Assembly: GCA_964413945.1 (NCBI GenBank)
Contig: CAYPUT010000002.1
Location: 1-49,854, forward strand
Direction of reading: 5' to 3'
Length of the DNA: 49,854 nucleotides
DNA from: an uncultured Spirochaetaceae bacterium
GTDB lineage: Bacteria; Spirochaetota; Spirochaetia; DSM-27196; PWMO01
Shown here piece by piece: positions 1 to 9,252 of this stretch. A model generated the notes under the pieces. The model had not been told where the DNA came from and ran no database searches. It saw only the letters and a program-made list of their open reading frames with translations. The translations under genes were made by a program, and so were the position numbers. Position 1 is the first letter of the stretch. The number at the start of each line of letters is the position of its first letter.

Positions 1-1954
1 GAGTGTAGTGGACGGACAACCCCGGCGACGGAAGCGCCGGGGACACCGATACGGATTCCCTGGCATAACGTCCGCCGTCCTCGACGCCGAGTAGCTCGGG
101 GACCTCTAGGGGCCGATCGTCTAAGAACACCCGACGGGAGACTACCGCCGACGTATTGCCAAGGGAGTCTTCCCCGTAGACCTCGAGGGAGTACCCTACC
201 CGACGGCCGGGGATGAGCGGCAACTCGACGGGCCTCCGGTAAAGCTCGAACGGCGGTATTTCGCTTACCTCGTCCGGAACAACCCGGTAATAAGCAACTT
301 CCCCTCCCCTGATGCGAAGAAGCCGGTTCTCAACCGATATTTCCGGTTCCGCGGGCGGCTCGTGGTCCAAAACCAGCTCGACACTCCGCTCCTCCGAGAA
401 GGCTCCCTGATGGTCGAAGACGGCGTAAGATAGGACGAATCGTTCCCGGGTACCGAAGGGTATCGATACCATAGCTCCGTTCTCCAGACGCCCGGACCGC
501 TCGGTCACCTGCCTTTCCGGCTCGGTTATGCGCCGCAGCTCGTACCGGACCACTCGGTCCCCCGGCACATCGAAGAGGAGCTCCTTGGCGGGGGCGGGGC
601 CTTCGGGACGAACCTCCAAACGAATCGGCTCCGGCGTCGTCCTCGAAAAGGAAAACCGCTCTTCCGCGTAGGGACTCCAGGTGCCGCTACCACCGCGGGA
701 GCGCGCCCGAACAACTCCTTCTCCGGCATCGACACCACTCGGAAGCGACAGACTAACCGGGCCGGTGTAGCTACCCGAACGGTATGGTCTGCCGTTAACC
801 GAGAGGGCGTATTCGGTTTCTACCTCGGCATCCCGCTCCAAAGCGAAGCTGACCCGGTCGTTCTCGGGAACGAAGAGGTGAATCGACGGGGGGAGCACTT
901 CCCGGCTGTCGAGGATAAAGGTGTACCGATAGTCCGGGGTTCCACTCTCCGGGGTGTCGTTGAGACGCAAGACGACGCTTCGGAGGGTAGCAGGTATCGG
1001 TCGAAGCTCGAGGGTCCGGGAGAGTACCGCATCGGTCCGGGAGACCGGGGAGTCCTCGAGACGGTAGCGATAGGTACGAAGAGCCTCAGGATCGACAAAG
1101 AGCGGTCCTTCGTGGTACCCCTGGGCTGCCGAGATAGGGGGGGCGTTTCCGCTCTGGTAGGAGACGCTCTTTTCCACCGCCGCTCCTTCGGTCGTCACGC
1201 CGACAACCGAGAGCTCTACCGGACCGTCCCGGGCGATCAGTACCGGCCCCACGTATTGGTCACCGCCCGTTCGCGGGTCCGACCCGTCCAAGGAGTAACG
1301 TACTTCGTCGAAGCCCCTGGACGCGATGTAGAGTAGCTGTCGGTTGGCGAAACGCCCCGGGACCGGACTGAGAATTTCGAGGTACGGATCCTCTTCTTCC
1401 GAACGGTCGATGACGTAACGGTAGGTCTCTATCGGGCCGCTGTTACCTTGAGAATCGACGGAGAGGGCTTGGATCTCATAACTGGTTACGGTCCCGGCAT
1501 TGCCCGGGAGGACTATCGGATCGACGTACTCGACCGGTTCTCCGGAGCTCGGTAGGACCTGGTGCAGGAGGCGTCCTTCCGACGCTGCGAGGCTTATGCG
1601 AACTGCTTCGGAATAGATACCCGGTGGAGGAGTTGCCTGGGGTGCCGCCGGGGGTAACCGATCTACGGTATAAGAGAGCCGTTGCCGCGCCTCGGGATTA
1701 CCGGTGGGTTGAACCTCCAAGAGAAAGCTTCTCTGATCCCCCGAGGGGGTAGACAGGGTCAAAGGCCGGTCCCACCTCCGAAAGAGGCGGCTTCCCTCGA
1801 ATCGGAACTCCCAGGACCCCGCCGGCACTTCGAGAGACACCCCCCGGTGGTAGGTTCCCGGCGGCGGCTGGATCGGGACCTCTTGGGCCTGTCCAAAGAC
1901 GCCGCAAACCGGGAAAACAAGAAGAAGGAGCAGAGGGAGCCGGACTTTTCTCAT
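1..1954 (-). CDS. Secreted multi-domain repeat protein, N-terminal part (C-terminus lies beyond the left window edge)
   Basis: It is absent from the ORF track because it is open-ended. My own minus-strand translation from the ATG (CAT at 1952-1954) gives MRKVRLPLLLLLVFPVCGVFGQAQEVPIQPPPGTYHRGVSLEV..., a signal peptide, and in the stretches I translated carefully (both ends) the frame is open down to base 2 (...PGLSVHYT). Recurrent PPG[TI]Yxxx[VI]x[LV] and VRYSLDGSDP...Y.GPV motifs resemble chitobiase/hexosaminidase C-terminal (Fn3-like) modules. No competing complete ORF longer than 152 aa exists in 1-1680. Confidence 0.7.
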   Translation of the reverse strand, partial: MRKVRLPLLLLLVFPVCGVFGQAQEVPIQPPPGTYHRGVSLEVPAGSWEFRFEGSRLFRRWDRPLTLSTPSGDQRSFLLEVQPTGNPEARQRLSYTVDRLPPAAPQATPPPGIYSEAVRISLAASEGRLLHQVLPSSGEPVEYVDPIVLPGNAGTVTSYEIQALSVDSQGNSGPIETYRYVIDRSEEEDPYLEILSPVPGRFANRQLLYIASRGFDEVRYSLDGSDPRTGGDQYVGPVLIARDGPVELSVVGVTTEGAAVEKSVSYQSGNAPPISAAQGYHEGPLFVDPEALRTYRYRLEDSPVSRTDAVLSRTLELRPIPATLRSVVLRLNDTPESGTPDYRYTFILDSREVLPPSIHLFVPENDRVSFALERDAEVETEYALSVNGRPYRSGSYTGPVSLSLPSGVDAGEGVVRARSRGGSGTWSPYAEERFSFSRTTPEPIRLEVRPEGPAPAKELLFDVPGDRVVRYELRRITEPERQVTERSGRLENGAMVSIPFGTRERFVLSYAVFDHQGAFSEERSVELVLDHEPPAEPEISVENRLLRIRGGEVAYYRVVPDEVSEIPPFELYRRPVELPLIPGRRVGYSLEVYGEDSLGNTSAVVSRRVFLDDRPLEVPELLGVEDGGRYARESVSVSPALPSPGLSVHYT

Positions 1955-1990
1955 AGTCCAGATTATCGGCCCTTCCGGGAGCTCTGTCGA

Positions 1991-2593
1991 CTACTGCAGA
2001 ATCGTCCGCAAGATTTCGGCGACCTCGGGGTCGTCTCGGTAGTTCGTCGCAATCTCTTGATCGGTCAGGCCGACGAGCTCGTGGCTCATGTAGTGAATCC
2101 AGTTGTCGTCTTCCGGCCGTTCGATAACGTGCTTCCGGCAGTAGTAGTCCGGGTGAACCCGATGGGCGTCAGGAAGGTACTTCCGGATCTTGTAGTCGTG
2201 TACGGCCACCCGGACGTCGGACCGGGGCAAACCCTTCCGGAGAATGATGTCGACGAGGTGATTGATCGTGTTCCCGGAGTCGAAGATATCATCGATCAGA
2301 AGAACCTTGTCTCCGCTCCGGAGGTATTCGGGACTATAGGTCCAGCCGTCCACCATCACCAGATCCTGCTCCCGGATATCCGTGTAGGACCGCGCGACAA
2401 CCGCCGCGTAGAACACCGGCCGGCGTCCCCGATGGACAACCTTGAAGTACTCGCTCATCACGTTTCCGACGTATGCGCCCCCCCGGAGGCTCACGTAGAC
2501 CACATCGGGCTCGAATCCGCCTTCATGGATCTCTCTGGCCAACCTAAGAGAGTTGTTTCGGACCGTCTCGAAGGAGACAAACTCTTTGGACAT
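1991..2593 (-). CDS. Type I phosphoribosyltransferase family protein (purine PRT-like)
   Basis: 200-aa ORF. The PRPP-binding loop VLLIDDIFDSGNT is present, and the N-terminal layout (VVYVSLRGGAYVG) is typical of Hpt/Xpt-like PRTases. Confidence 0.75.
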   Translation of the reverse strand: MSKEFVSFETVRNNSLRLAREIHEGGFEPDVVYVSLRGGAYVGNVMSEYFKVVHRGRRPVFYAAVVARSYTDIREQDLVMVDGWTYSPEYLRSGDKVLLIDDIFDSGNTINHLVDIILRKGLPRSDVRVAVHDYKIRKYLPDAHRVHPDYYCRKHVIERPEDDNWIHYMSHELVGLTDQEIATNYRDDPEVAEILRTILQ

Positions 2594-2596
2594 ACG

Positions 2597-4084
2597 CTAG
2601 GGGCTCTCCACCTCTACCGTCACGGCTTCCCCCTCCCGCAGGAGCGTAAACTCCACCGTCTCTCCCGATTCAACCGCGAGCTCCCGGTAAAAATCGGAAA
2701 GAGAGCCGACGTTCTTTCCATTCATGCCGGTGATAATGTCGCCGACGCGTATCCCGGCGACCGCCACCGGAGTTCGGTTCTCGACGCCGCTCACCACGAT
2801 GCCGGTAACCCTCCGGGGAAGCTCGAATTCCTCCCGGACCTCTTCGGTAAGCGGATAGGCGGTAACCCCGGGCCAGAGGCTTCGATTCAGGTCGGCGATG
2901 GACTCCTCGTCCTCTCGAACCGAGATTCGCACCCGGAGGGTCCGAAGAACGGATTGCCGGACCAGTTCGAAGACGGCGTCCTCTCCCGCCGGAAGATCCC
3001 CGACCCGGAGAATCAACTCGTCGGCGTCCTCGATCCGCCGGCCGTTCACCGTCAGGATAAAGTCGCCCGGGAGAATCCCTCCCCGATCGGCCGGGGACCC
3101 CCGGAACACGTGGTGCACCAGGGCACCGTCGCGCTGGCGAATTTCCAGGTCCTCTGCCATCGCTTCGTCCACGTCCCTTATACTGACACCGAGCCAGCCG
3201 TATTGAACGGACCCGGATTCGATAAAGTCGTCGATTGCGCTCTTTACATTGTTGATGGGAATCGAGAATCCGAGGCCGACGCTTCCGCCGGTCTGAGAGG
3301 TAATCCACGTGTTGATACCGACTACCTGCCCCCGGAGATTGACCAGGGCGCCCCCGCTATTTCCTTGGTTGATCGAAGCATCGGTTTGAATAAAGTCGCT
3401 GATGTTGCCCTGGGGCCCTCCCCGGCGGCCGACGGCGCTGATGATGCCCGCGGTAACCGTCGACTGAAACCCAAAAGGGCTTCCGATGGCGATTACCCAG
3501 TCGCCGACCCGGAGCGTTTCGGAGTCTCCGAGACGGGCGACGGCGATGTTCCCGTCTCGGCTTTCGAAAGAAACCATCGCGAGGTCCTTTCGGGCGTCCT
3601 TCCCGACTAGCCGGCCGTCGAATTCCCGCGAATCGTCGAGAAGGATGTTGATCTTGTCCGCGTCCCCGACTACGTGATCGTTCGTCAGAACGTAGTAGGT
3701 GTTCCCGGATCGTCGGACTACAACTCCCGACCCGAGGCCCTGGGTGCGGAATTGACGGTCGTCGTCTTCCGGTTCCCCAAAGAAGAAATCAAACCAGGGA
3801 AGGTTGTTTCCCCGGGGAACCTCCTGGGTGCGTACTTCTTCGACGTCGATACGAACAACCGACGGCAAGACCTGATTCGCGACGTTGCGAAAACTGTGCT
3901 GAAGCACACCAAGATCCAACTCCGGCTGTCCGGTGGACTGTTGAGCCAGGGCTGCGTCCCCGGGCCGGACGCTCGAAGAGCGGGAAAACACCAAGGTAGA
4001 AAGGGAAAAACCCAAAATGATCCCGACCAACACCAAGTTAACGACCAAGAACCGGCCGGAAGCCAAAAAGCTACGCCTAGACAT
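2597..4084 (-). CDS. htrA: HtrA/DegP-family periplasmic serine protease with two PDZ domains
   Basis: 495-aa ORF with an N-terminal TM/signal anchor. It has a trypsin-like core with TNDHVV (His), DLAMV (Asp) and GNSGGALVN (Ser) motifs, followed by two PDZ-like segments (GILPGDFILTVNG, GIRVGDIITGMNG). Confidence 0.9.
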   Translation of the reverse strand: MSRRSFLASGRFLVVNLVLVGIILGFSLSTLVFSRSSSVRPGDAALAQQSTGQPELDLGVLQHSFRNVANQVLPSVVRIDVEEVRTQEVPRGNNLPWFDFFFGEPEDDDRQFRTQGLGSGVVVRRSGNTYYVLTNDHVVGDADKINILLDDSREFDGRLVGKDARKDLAMVSFESRDGNIAVARLGDSETLRVGDWVIAIGSPFGFQSTVTAGIISAVGRRGGPQGNISDFIQTDASINQGNSGGALVNLRGQVVGINTWITSQTGGSVGLGFSIPINNVKSAIDDFIESGSVQYGWLGVSIRDVDEAMAEDLEIRQRDGALVHHVFRGSPADRGGILPGDFILTVNGRRIEDADELILRVGDLPAGEDAVFELVRQSVLRTLRVRISVREDEESIADLNRSLWPGVTAYPLTEEVREEFELPRRVTGIVVSGVENRTPVAVAGIRVGDIITGMNGKNVGSLSDFYRELAVESGETVEFTLLREGEAVTVEVESP

Positions 4085-4101
4085 CTATCCTCCGTGAGTA
4101 G

Positions 4102-4130
4102 AGTATATCGGTTATGATTGCCCCTGTCAG
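4102..4130 (-). promoter_or_regulatory. Candidate sigma70-type promoter for htrA
   Basis: The minus strand reads CTGACA-N17-TATACT (plus-strand tgtcag at 4125-4130, agtata at 4102-4107). A GGAGGA Shine-Dalgarno sequence follows, 3 nt before the htrA ATG at 4084. The element sits in the 56-nt gap after map. Confidence 0.4.
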
Positions 4131-4140
4131 TTTCCGCCCC

Positions 4141-4893
4141 CTACACGTGCCAGGGGGTCAAGATTTCCGGCCCGTCGGAGAGCACCACTACGGTGAATTC
4201 GTAGTGAGCCGAGACCGACCCGTCGGCGGTTACCACCGTCCAGTCGTCATCGAGGACATCGACCTCGTCGTCACCGAGGTTGACCATCGGCTCGATGGCC
4301 AGGACCATCCCGGGTTTAAGTCTCGGGTTTGGGCCGTGGCCGACGTAATTCGGAACCTGCGGATCCTCGTGGATTGCCAGGCCGACACCGTGCCCGCAGT
4401 AGGGACGTACTATTCCGAACCCCTCTGCGGATACGTGTTCCTCGATCGCCCGGGAAATGTCGTTGACGCGGTTTCCCACGCGCGCCGCCTCCACCCCCCG
4501 GTAGAGGCTTTCCTTCGTCACCCGAAGGAGTCTCTCGACCTTCGGGGAGGCCGAACCGACGGGAACAGTTACCGCGGCGTCGCTGTAGAATCCCCCAAGC
4601 TCGATTCCGCAGTCGATTCCGACGACCTGCCCCTCGGAGAGTGACGTGCCGTCGGGAATCCCGTGGATAACCGCCGAATCTACCGATGTGCAGAGGGCCG
4701 CCGGAAAGCCGTGGTACCCGAGAAACGAGGGGCGCCCTCCACCCTTCTGAATCTGTTTCCGGGCCACCGAGTCGAGGGATAGAGTGGAAACTCCCGGGCC
4801 GACCTCGGGAATGAGGGTTTTGAGGACCTCAACCAGGAGCTTTCCCGACTCCCGGATTCCCGCTATCTGTTTCTCGGTCTTGAGGCGTATCAC
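4141..4893 (-). CDS. map: Methionine aminopeptidase, type I
   Basis: 250-aa ORF starting MIRLKTEKQIAGIRESGKLL. The pita-bread fold metal-ligand context is present (GIDCGIELGGFYSD, GHGVGLAIHE, LAIEPM). Confidence 0.92.
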   Translation of the reverse strand: MIRLKTEKQIAGIRESGKLLVEVLKTLIPEVGPGVSTLSLDSVARKQIQKGGGRPSFLGYHGFPAALCTSVDSAVIHGIPDGTSLSEGQVVGIDCGIELGGFYSDAAVTVPVGSASPKVERLLRVTKESLYRGVEAARVGNRVNDISRAIEEHVSAEGFGIVRPYCGHGVGLAIHEDPQVPNYVGHGPNPRLKPGMVLAIEPMVNLGDDEVDVLDDDWTVVTADGSVSAHYEFTVVVLSDGPEILTPWHV

Positions 4894-6515
4894 CGATCCT
4901 CCAGGGCATCGATAAGCCGAATCGCGGCGGTATTCCCCGGCGCGAGGGCCAGAGCCTCCCGGAGGCTCCGGCGGGCCGCTTCGGTATCTCCCTGCCGGAG
5001 GTGCACCCGAGCTTCCAAGACTTTAAGCAGCCCCCGGCGGCTATCCGTGAGGTTGTACCACGGCTCTGCTTGCGCTTCGTCGAGGAGCTGCAGTGCGTCG
5101 GGAAAACGCCCGAGCTCCATCGCAAGAACCGACGCGTTGTACGCCGCTTCCCAGGCGAAAAGCCCCTCGTGGGCGGTTTTGAAATCGAGAAACGCCGCTT
5201 CCTGACGGCCCTCGCTTTGGTGAAAGAGCGCACGATAGAAGACAAGGCTTCGGGACACCTCAGCACCGCGTTCCGCCACGAGGCTTTCGAGCTCCTCGAC
5301 ACGCCCCAGCTCCGAGAGGTACCACGCCAAGTAGCGAAGGGCCGTCACGTCCTCCGGATAGCTATTGGCGATGGACCAGAGCTGCGCCGCGTTCGCCGCC
5401 GGGGGCCGGCTATCGGCTTGGGTAAGAAGATAGTAAACCAGGCGGTCCCGGGCCGAGGTGGGCCGCCCCGCGGCAACCCCGACCGAGGACGAGAGACGCC
5501 TCGCCGTAATCGACAGCTCTTCTTCGGCGGCTTCCGGTCCTTCGTAATCGACAAGGGCCGCCAAGAGCATCGCGTCCCCGGGGTATCGGTCGAGGCCGTC
5601 CCAAAGAATCTGCACTCGAGCAGCTTGGTCCGGGTAGAGAAGCGCCGCGTTGTTGTAGCTAACCGGACCGAAGGGATACCCGCTGAAAAAGAGCGACTCA
5701 AAGGTCCGGCGGGCGGTGTCCGTCTTCCCCGCGAGATACATGACGTCTCCCCGGAGGGCCAAAGACGCCGGTTCGTTATTTGGAATCGGGGCAAGCAGCC
5801 CGGCTGCCCGGTCCCAGTCGCCGAGATCGTAGGCAAGGGTAGCCATGAGCACCGGCTCGACCCCGGCAAGGCCGAAAGACTCCCCCTGGATCTGCGCGTC
5901 CCGGAGAAAGCCCGCGGAGGCGAGCTGCAGCACCCCGTCCGCCGCGTACTCCGCGCGTGCGGTTACCCGGGCCGCTTCGAAAAAGGCCGCAGGGGTGGAG
6001 GCGCCGTCAAGGTTCAACAGAACGTACGGGTGCTGGTCCCGGTCGCTTTCGATACCGCTTCGCAGGAGGACGGCTGCGCCCAGATAGGGGTAATCGTCGA
6101 AGAAGTCGTCGTCCAATTCCAACCGGTTGCCCTCGGTGTCTCCCGATCGGAGAAACGCGAGGACGGCGACCGCCGCTATGTCGGAACTCCCGCCGTAACG
6201 CCGGTGCCATTGCGTGGCTCGAACCCTGAGAGGAGCGACGTCAGAAGTTACTTCGGCGAGCAGATAGGCGCGTTTAAGAACCCGCAGAGCGTTCCGGGGG
6301 GTCGATACCACTTGGGATGCCTCGTCTATCAGAGCGTCCACATCCCCGTACCGCCCGGTCTCGAGGCGCGCGTCGACGCGCGTCAGGATATCGTCGAGAA
6401 GCCGGGCCTCCCTGAAGCTGCTGATCCCACGGTAGACTAGGAAGAGGGACCCGAGAAAGACGGCAAGGGACACCAGAAAAAACAGCGCCCGCCCCTTCCC
6501 CGGGGAAATCCTCAC
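4890..6515 (-). CDS. Membrane-anchored TPR-repeat protein
   Basis: 541-aa ORF with one N-terminal TM helix (ALFFLVSLAVFLGSLFLVY). TPR-like helical repeats run through the rest (e.g. AAYNASVLAMELGRFPDALQLLDEA, LEARVHLRQGDTEAARRSLREALAL). It shares 4-nt overlaps with both nusB and map. Confidence 0.7.
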   Translation of the reverse strand: MRISPGKGRALFFLVSLAVFLGSLFLVYRGISSFREARLLDDILTRVDARLETGRYGDVDALIDEASQVVSTPRNALRVLKRAYLLAEVTSDVAPLRVRATQWHRRYGGSSDIAAVAVLAFLRSGDTEGNRLELDDDFFDDYPYLGAAVLLRSGIESDRDQHPYVLLNLDGASTPAAFFEAARVTARAEYAADGVLQLASAGFLRDAQIQGESFGLAGVEPVLMATLAYDLGDWDRAAGLLAPIPNNEPASLALRGDVMYLAGKTDTARRTFESLFFSGYPFGPVSYNNAALLYPDQAARVQILWDGLDRYPGDAMLLAALVDYEGPEAAEEELSITARRLSSSVGVAAGRPTSARDRLVYYLLTQADSRPPAANAAQLWSIANSYPEDVTALRYLAWYLSELGRVEELESLVAERGAEVSRSLVFYRALFHQSEGRQEAAFLDFKTAHEGLFAWEAAYNASVLAMELGRFPDALQLLDEAQAEPWYNLTDSRRGLLKVLEARVHLRQGDTEAARRSLREALALAPGNTAAIRLIDALEDR

Positions 6516-6922
6516 TGCCGCAGCTCCTTCCGGAGACCGTCGAGGACCCCGTTGACGAACCGGTAGGCGTCGTCGCCGGAGAACTCCTTGGCGATATCTA
6601 TAGCCTCGTCGATAGTTACCGAGTCGGGGATCTCCGGCTGATAGAGGATGCAGTAGGCACTCAGCCGAAGAATCGCGAGGTCAACCTTCGCGAGACGGCT
6701 AATATCCCAGTTGGAGAGGTGGCGTTTGATCGCCTCGTCGACCGATGGAAGCTCCTCCAAGGTCCCGTGGAGGAGCAACCGGGCGAAATCGAGGGTCTCC
6801 TGGTCGTCGGAGCTACTATCCAGCCAGGGGAAGCTACCGAGAGAGCCTTCCTCCTGATGCGTAACGTCCCAACTGTACAGGGCCTGCATGGCGAGGATTC
6901 TCCCTCGTCGGCGCGAACCCAT
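6512..6922 (-). CDS. nusB: Transcription antitermination factor NusB
   Basis: 136-aa ORF. The sequence RRRGRILAMQALYSWD...LAILRLSAYCILYQPEIPDSVTIDEAIDIAKEF...FVNGVLD is the canonical NusB pattern. Confidence 0.9.
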   Translation of the reverse strand: MGSRRRGRILAMQALYSWDVTHQEEGSLGSFPWLDSSSDDQETLDFARLLLHGTLEELPSVDEAIKRHLSNWDISRLAKVDLAILRLSAYCILYQPEIPDSVTIDEAIDIAKEFSGDDAYRFVNGVLDGLRKELRQ

Positions 6923-6926
6923 CGCC

Positions 6927-8021
6927 TTACCAGGTGAGGTTCTGTTCGAAGATGGTAATCTCGGCCTCTTCCCTCAACTCGTCCACAACCTCTTGGATGG
7001 CGCGCTGGAAAGCCTGCTGTTGCTTGTTCGAAAGGATAAAGTTCCGAATCTGGTCCCGAACGGTCGTGTTCTGCCCCGGGAGCACCGGATCCGAGAGCTC
7101 CAGGATCCGGGCACGTCGCTTGTTGGTCACCCTGACAATGTGGTACCCGACATTGCTCTCCAAAACGCCCTCACTCACCTGCCCCTCTTCGACCTCGAAG
7201 ACGGCGTCGATAAAGCCGGTTCCGAGTAGCCGCTGAGATTGGGGATCCTGACGGAGCAGATAGCCGAAATCCCCGCCGGAGAAGGTGGCATCGTCCAAGG
7301 ACTCGTCGAGGAGTCCCGCGAATGTCGCAGCACCACTCTGAATCCGGCGGTAGAGCGCTTCCGCTCGCTCCCTCCGCTCCTGCTCTTCCTGATTGCTGAG
7401 ATTTCGCGTATCGATATAGAGGTGGGAGAAACGAACCATCGCCGGATTGGCGAACTGCGTCGCATTCTCCTCGTAAAAACGGCGAATCTCCGCTTCCGTG
7501 GGAGGCGTTACGTCCTGGATTACCGAGCGCTTCTTCTCGATGATGTAGCGCTCCTGGATAAGCCGCTCCCGGACCTGTTGGACGTACTCCTCCCAGGAGA
7601 CCCCCGATTCCCGAACGACCAACTGCCGGAACTGGGCGTCGGATACCGGCTGGCCGAGGGCCGCCCGCTGTTGGGCGATCGCCTGGTCTACGTCTTCCTG
7701 GGTAACGCGGATCCGTTCCCGCTCGGCAGCCTGGTTCAAGAGAACCTCGGCTATCTGGGCATCGAGAAGCTCCCGGCGGTTCTCCTGATTGAGTGACCTC
7801 CCGAGTTGCCGTTCTAAGAGCTCCACCTGTTGTCGCAGCTCTCTCTGGCCTATGTTCACCGTCTCGGTAAGCCGTACAACCGCAACCGGTTGATCGAGGA
7901 GCTGCCCGAAGGCCGAAGCGCCAACCAAAAAGAGCAGGATTCCGATGCATACGCGCCCTACCGATGCTTTGCTGGTCATGTCCATCTCCCGGAGCTTATC
8001 ACAGTTTTTGCCTGAGTTCAC
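6927..8021 (-). CDS. SurA/PrsA-like periplasmic chaperone with a parvulin (PpiC-type) PPIase domain
   Basis: 364-aa ORF with a signal peptide (VCIGILLFLVGASAFGQ) and a C-terminal parvulin signature (FSHLYI...GGDFGYL...GYHIVRV). The track start is a GTG that overlaps the stop of the upstream J-domain gene. An ATG at 7985 (MDMTSK) is an alternative start. Confidence 0.8.
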   Translation of the reverse strand: MNSGKNCDKLREMDMTSKASVGRVCIGILLFLVGASAFGQLLDQPVAVVRLTETVNIGQRELRQQVELLERQLGRSLNQENRRELLDAQIAEVLLNQAAERERIRVTQEDVDQAIAQQRAALGQPVSDAQFRQLVVRESGVSWEEYVQQVRERLIQERYIIEKKRSVIQDVTPPTEAEIRRFYEENATQFANPAMVRFSHLYIDTRNLSNQEEQERRERAEALYRRIQSGAATFAGLLDESLDDATFSGGDFGYLLRQDPQSQRLLGTGFIDAVFEVEEGQVSEGVLESNVGYHIVRVTNKRRARILELSDPVLPGQNTTVRDQIRNFILSNKQQQAFQRAIQEVVDELREEAEITIFEQNLTW

Positions 8022-8827
8022 GAGGCGAACTGGCGCTCCTCGAGCCGTTCGGAAAGCCGTTGTCCCCCGGGAACCCGGGGATCGAGCGCCAGACTCCGGC
8101 GGACGTAGGTTAACGCCAGGCCGTCGTTTCCATCATCGAGGTGGATCTCCGCCGCCTTCTTGAGAAAGTACGCCGTGTCCCGGTTCGAAAAACCCTGGGA
8201 AACCATCTCGTCGATGCAGATGAGGGCTTGTCGGTTCGAGAACCGTCTGGGCATCTCGATGCAGACCAGCTGTTTGAGCGTATCGACGACCTCGACAAAG
8301 AAGTGACGAAAATAAGACTCTCGCTGCTCCTCAACAACGAGATCCATTAAGAGTTGGTAAGCGAGGAGGAGGGCCCCCCGGCGCTGATACTCCTCCGCCA
8401 GAAGAAAACTGCAGTCCATGTAGTCTTCCCGGGGCAGAAAATCACCGATTCTCTGGCCCCGTCGGAGGAAGTAGTGTTCGTGCGTTTTGATGGCCTCGTC
8501 GGTCACGTCGTGCAAAAGGTCGAAGAAGATAAGCTTGGCCTGGCTTGCAAGGTCTTCAGGCCGGCCCCGGAGAAACTCCCGGTAGTCAAAACGAAACTCC
8601 CCCGGGACGATAAAATGTCGCCTGTCGTACTCCTCTCGGAGCTGCGCGTCGCTCAAGACTTCGTAAGCCTGGATGAGTTGCTGCATCAACTCCAGGCTTT
8701 CGTCGCTTCCGCCGAGAACATCCGGATGGATGGTCTTCGCCTTCCTGCGGAACGCTTGCTTGATGTCCGCGTCGGAACAAGAGGAATCGAGACCGAGGAT
8801 GTCGTAGTATGTCGTCACAAGACTCAT
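8018..8827 (-). CDS. J-domain (DnaJ-like) protein with a helical-repeat C-terminal region
   Basis: 269-aa ORF. The N-terminal J-domain reads YYDILGLDSSCSDADIKQAFRRKAKTIHPDV, with the HPD tripeptide. It lacks the Gly/Phe region and zinc finger of true DnaJ, and the C-terminus looks TPR-like. Confidence 0.8.
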   Translation of the reverse strand: MSLVTTYYDILGLDSSCSDADIKQAFRRKAKTIHPDVLGGSDESLELMQQLIQAYEVLSDAQLREEYDRRHFIVPGEFRFDYREFLRGRPEDLASQAKLIFFDLLHDVTDEAIKTHEHYFLRRGQRIGDFLPREDYMDCSFLLAEEYQRRGALLLAYQLLMDLVVEEQRESYFRHFFVEVVDTLKQLVCIEMPRRFSNRQALICIDEMVSQGFSNRDTAYFLKKAAEIHLDDGNDGLALTYVRRSLALDPRVPGGQRLSERLEERQFAS

Positions 8828-9237
8828 TCTATCTTTAGGCCGGCACCGACGGCTTCCGCTTCCTCTCCGCTCCGCAACGAGTGGGAAATCCGGAGAAACA
8901 TTCCCTCCTTCTCCATAACCGACATCAGCTTGGTCAGCGTTCGCCGCTCTCCGAGAGCGTGTTTCAGTATGTAGGCACAGCTGCGCTTCCCGGCGACCGC
9001 TCCGGCACCCGCGAGAAACTCCCGTACCTTGTCCGGTATCTTTCCGCCGAAAAGGTTGGTCTGCTCGACCCCGATCGCGATGTATTGATACATCGTAACC
9101 TTGGACCCGAGCCGGTCGCCGTCGATCACATCGACCTGATGCCCCTGACGTTCAATCCCCTTCGCGAGGCCCCGGGAGATCGCCGTCATCTTTTCCCGCT
9201 GAGAGGAGGGGAACTGAACCACGGCTACCCGCACCAC
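8824..9237 (-). CDS. Small alpha/beta (flavodoxin-like fold) protein of unknown function
   Basis: 137-aa ORF with a 4-nt overlap onto the J-domain gene. A GGAGG sits upstream of tandem GTG codons (9237/9234). The beta-alpha alternation (VAVVQF...QVDVID...YIAIGV) suggests a flavodoxin-like fold, but no FMN-binding loop was recognised. Confidence 0.55.
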   Translation of the reverse strand: MVRVAVVQFPSSQREKMTAISRGLAKGIERQGHQVDVIDGDRLGSKVTMYQYIAIGVEQTNLFGGKIPDKVREFLAGAGAVAGKRSCAYILKHALGERRTLTKLMSVMEKEGMFLRISHSLRSGEEAEAVGAGLKIE

Positions 9238-9252
9238 GCCCCTCCGGTGCCT

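Noticed and set aside
1682-3610. A 642-aa plus-strand ORF, one of the longest in the track.
   Set aside because: It lies antisense to the well-supported PRTase and HtrA genes. It has a Pro/Arg/Gly/Val-rich composition with no motifs. This is the typical stop-codon-poor antisense frame of a GC-rich genome.
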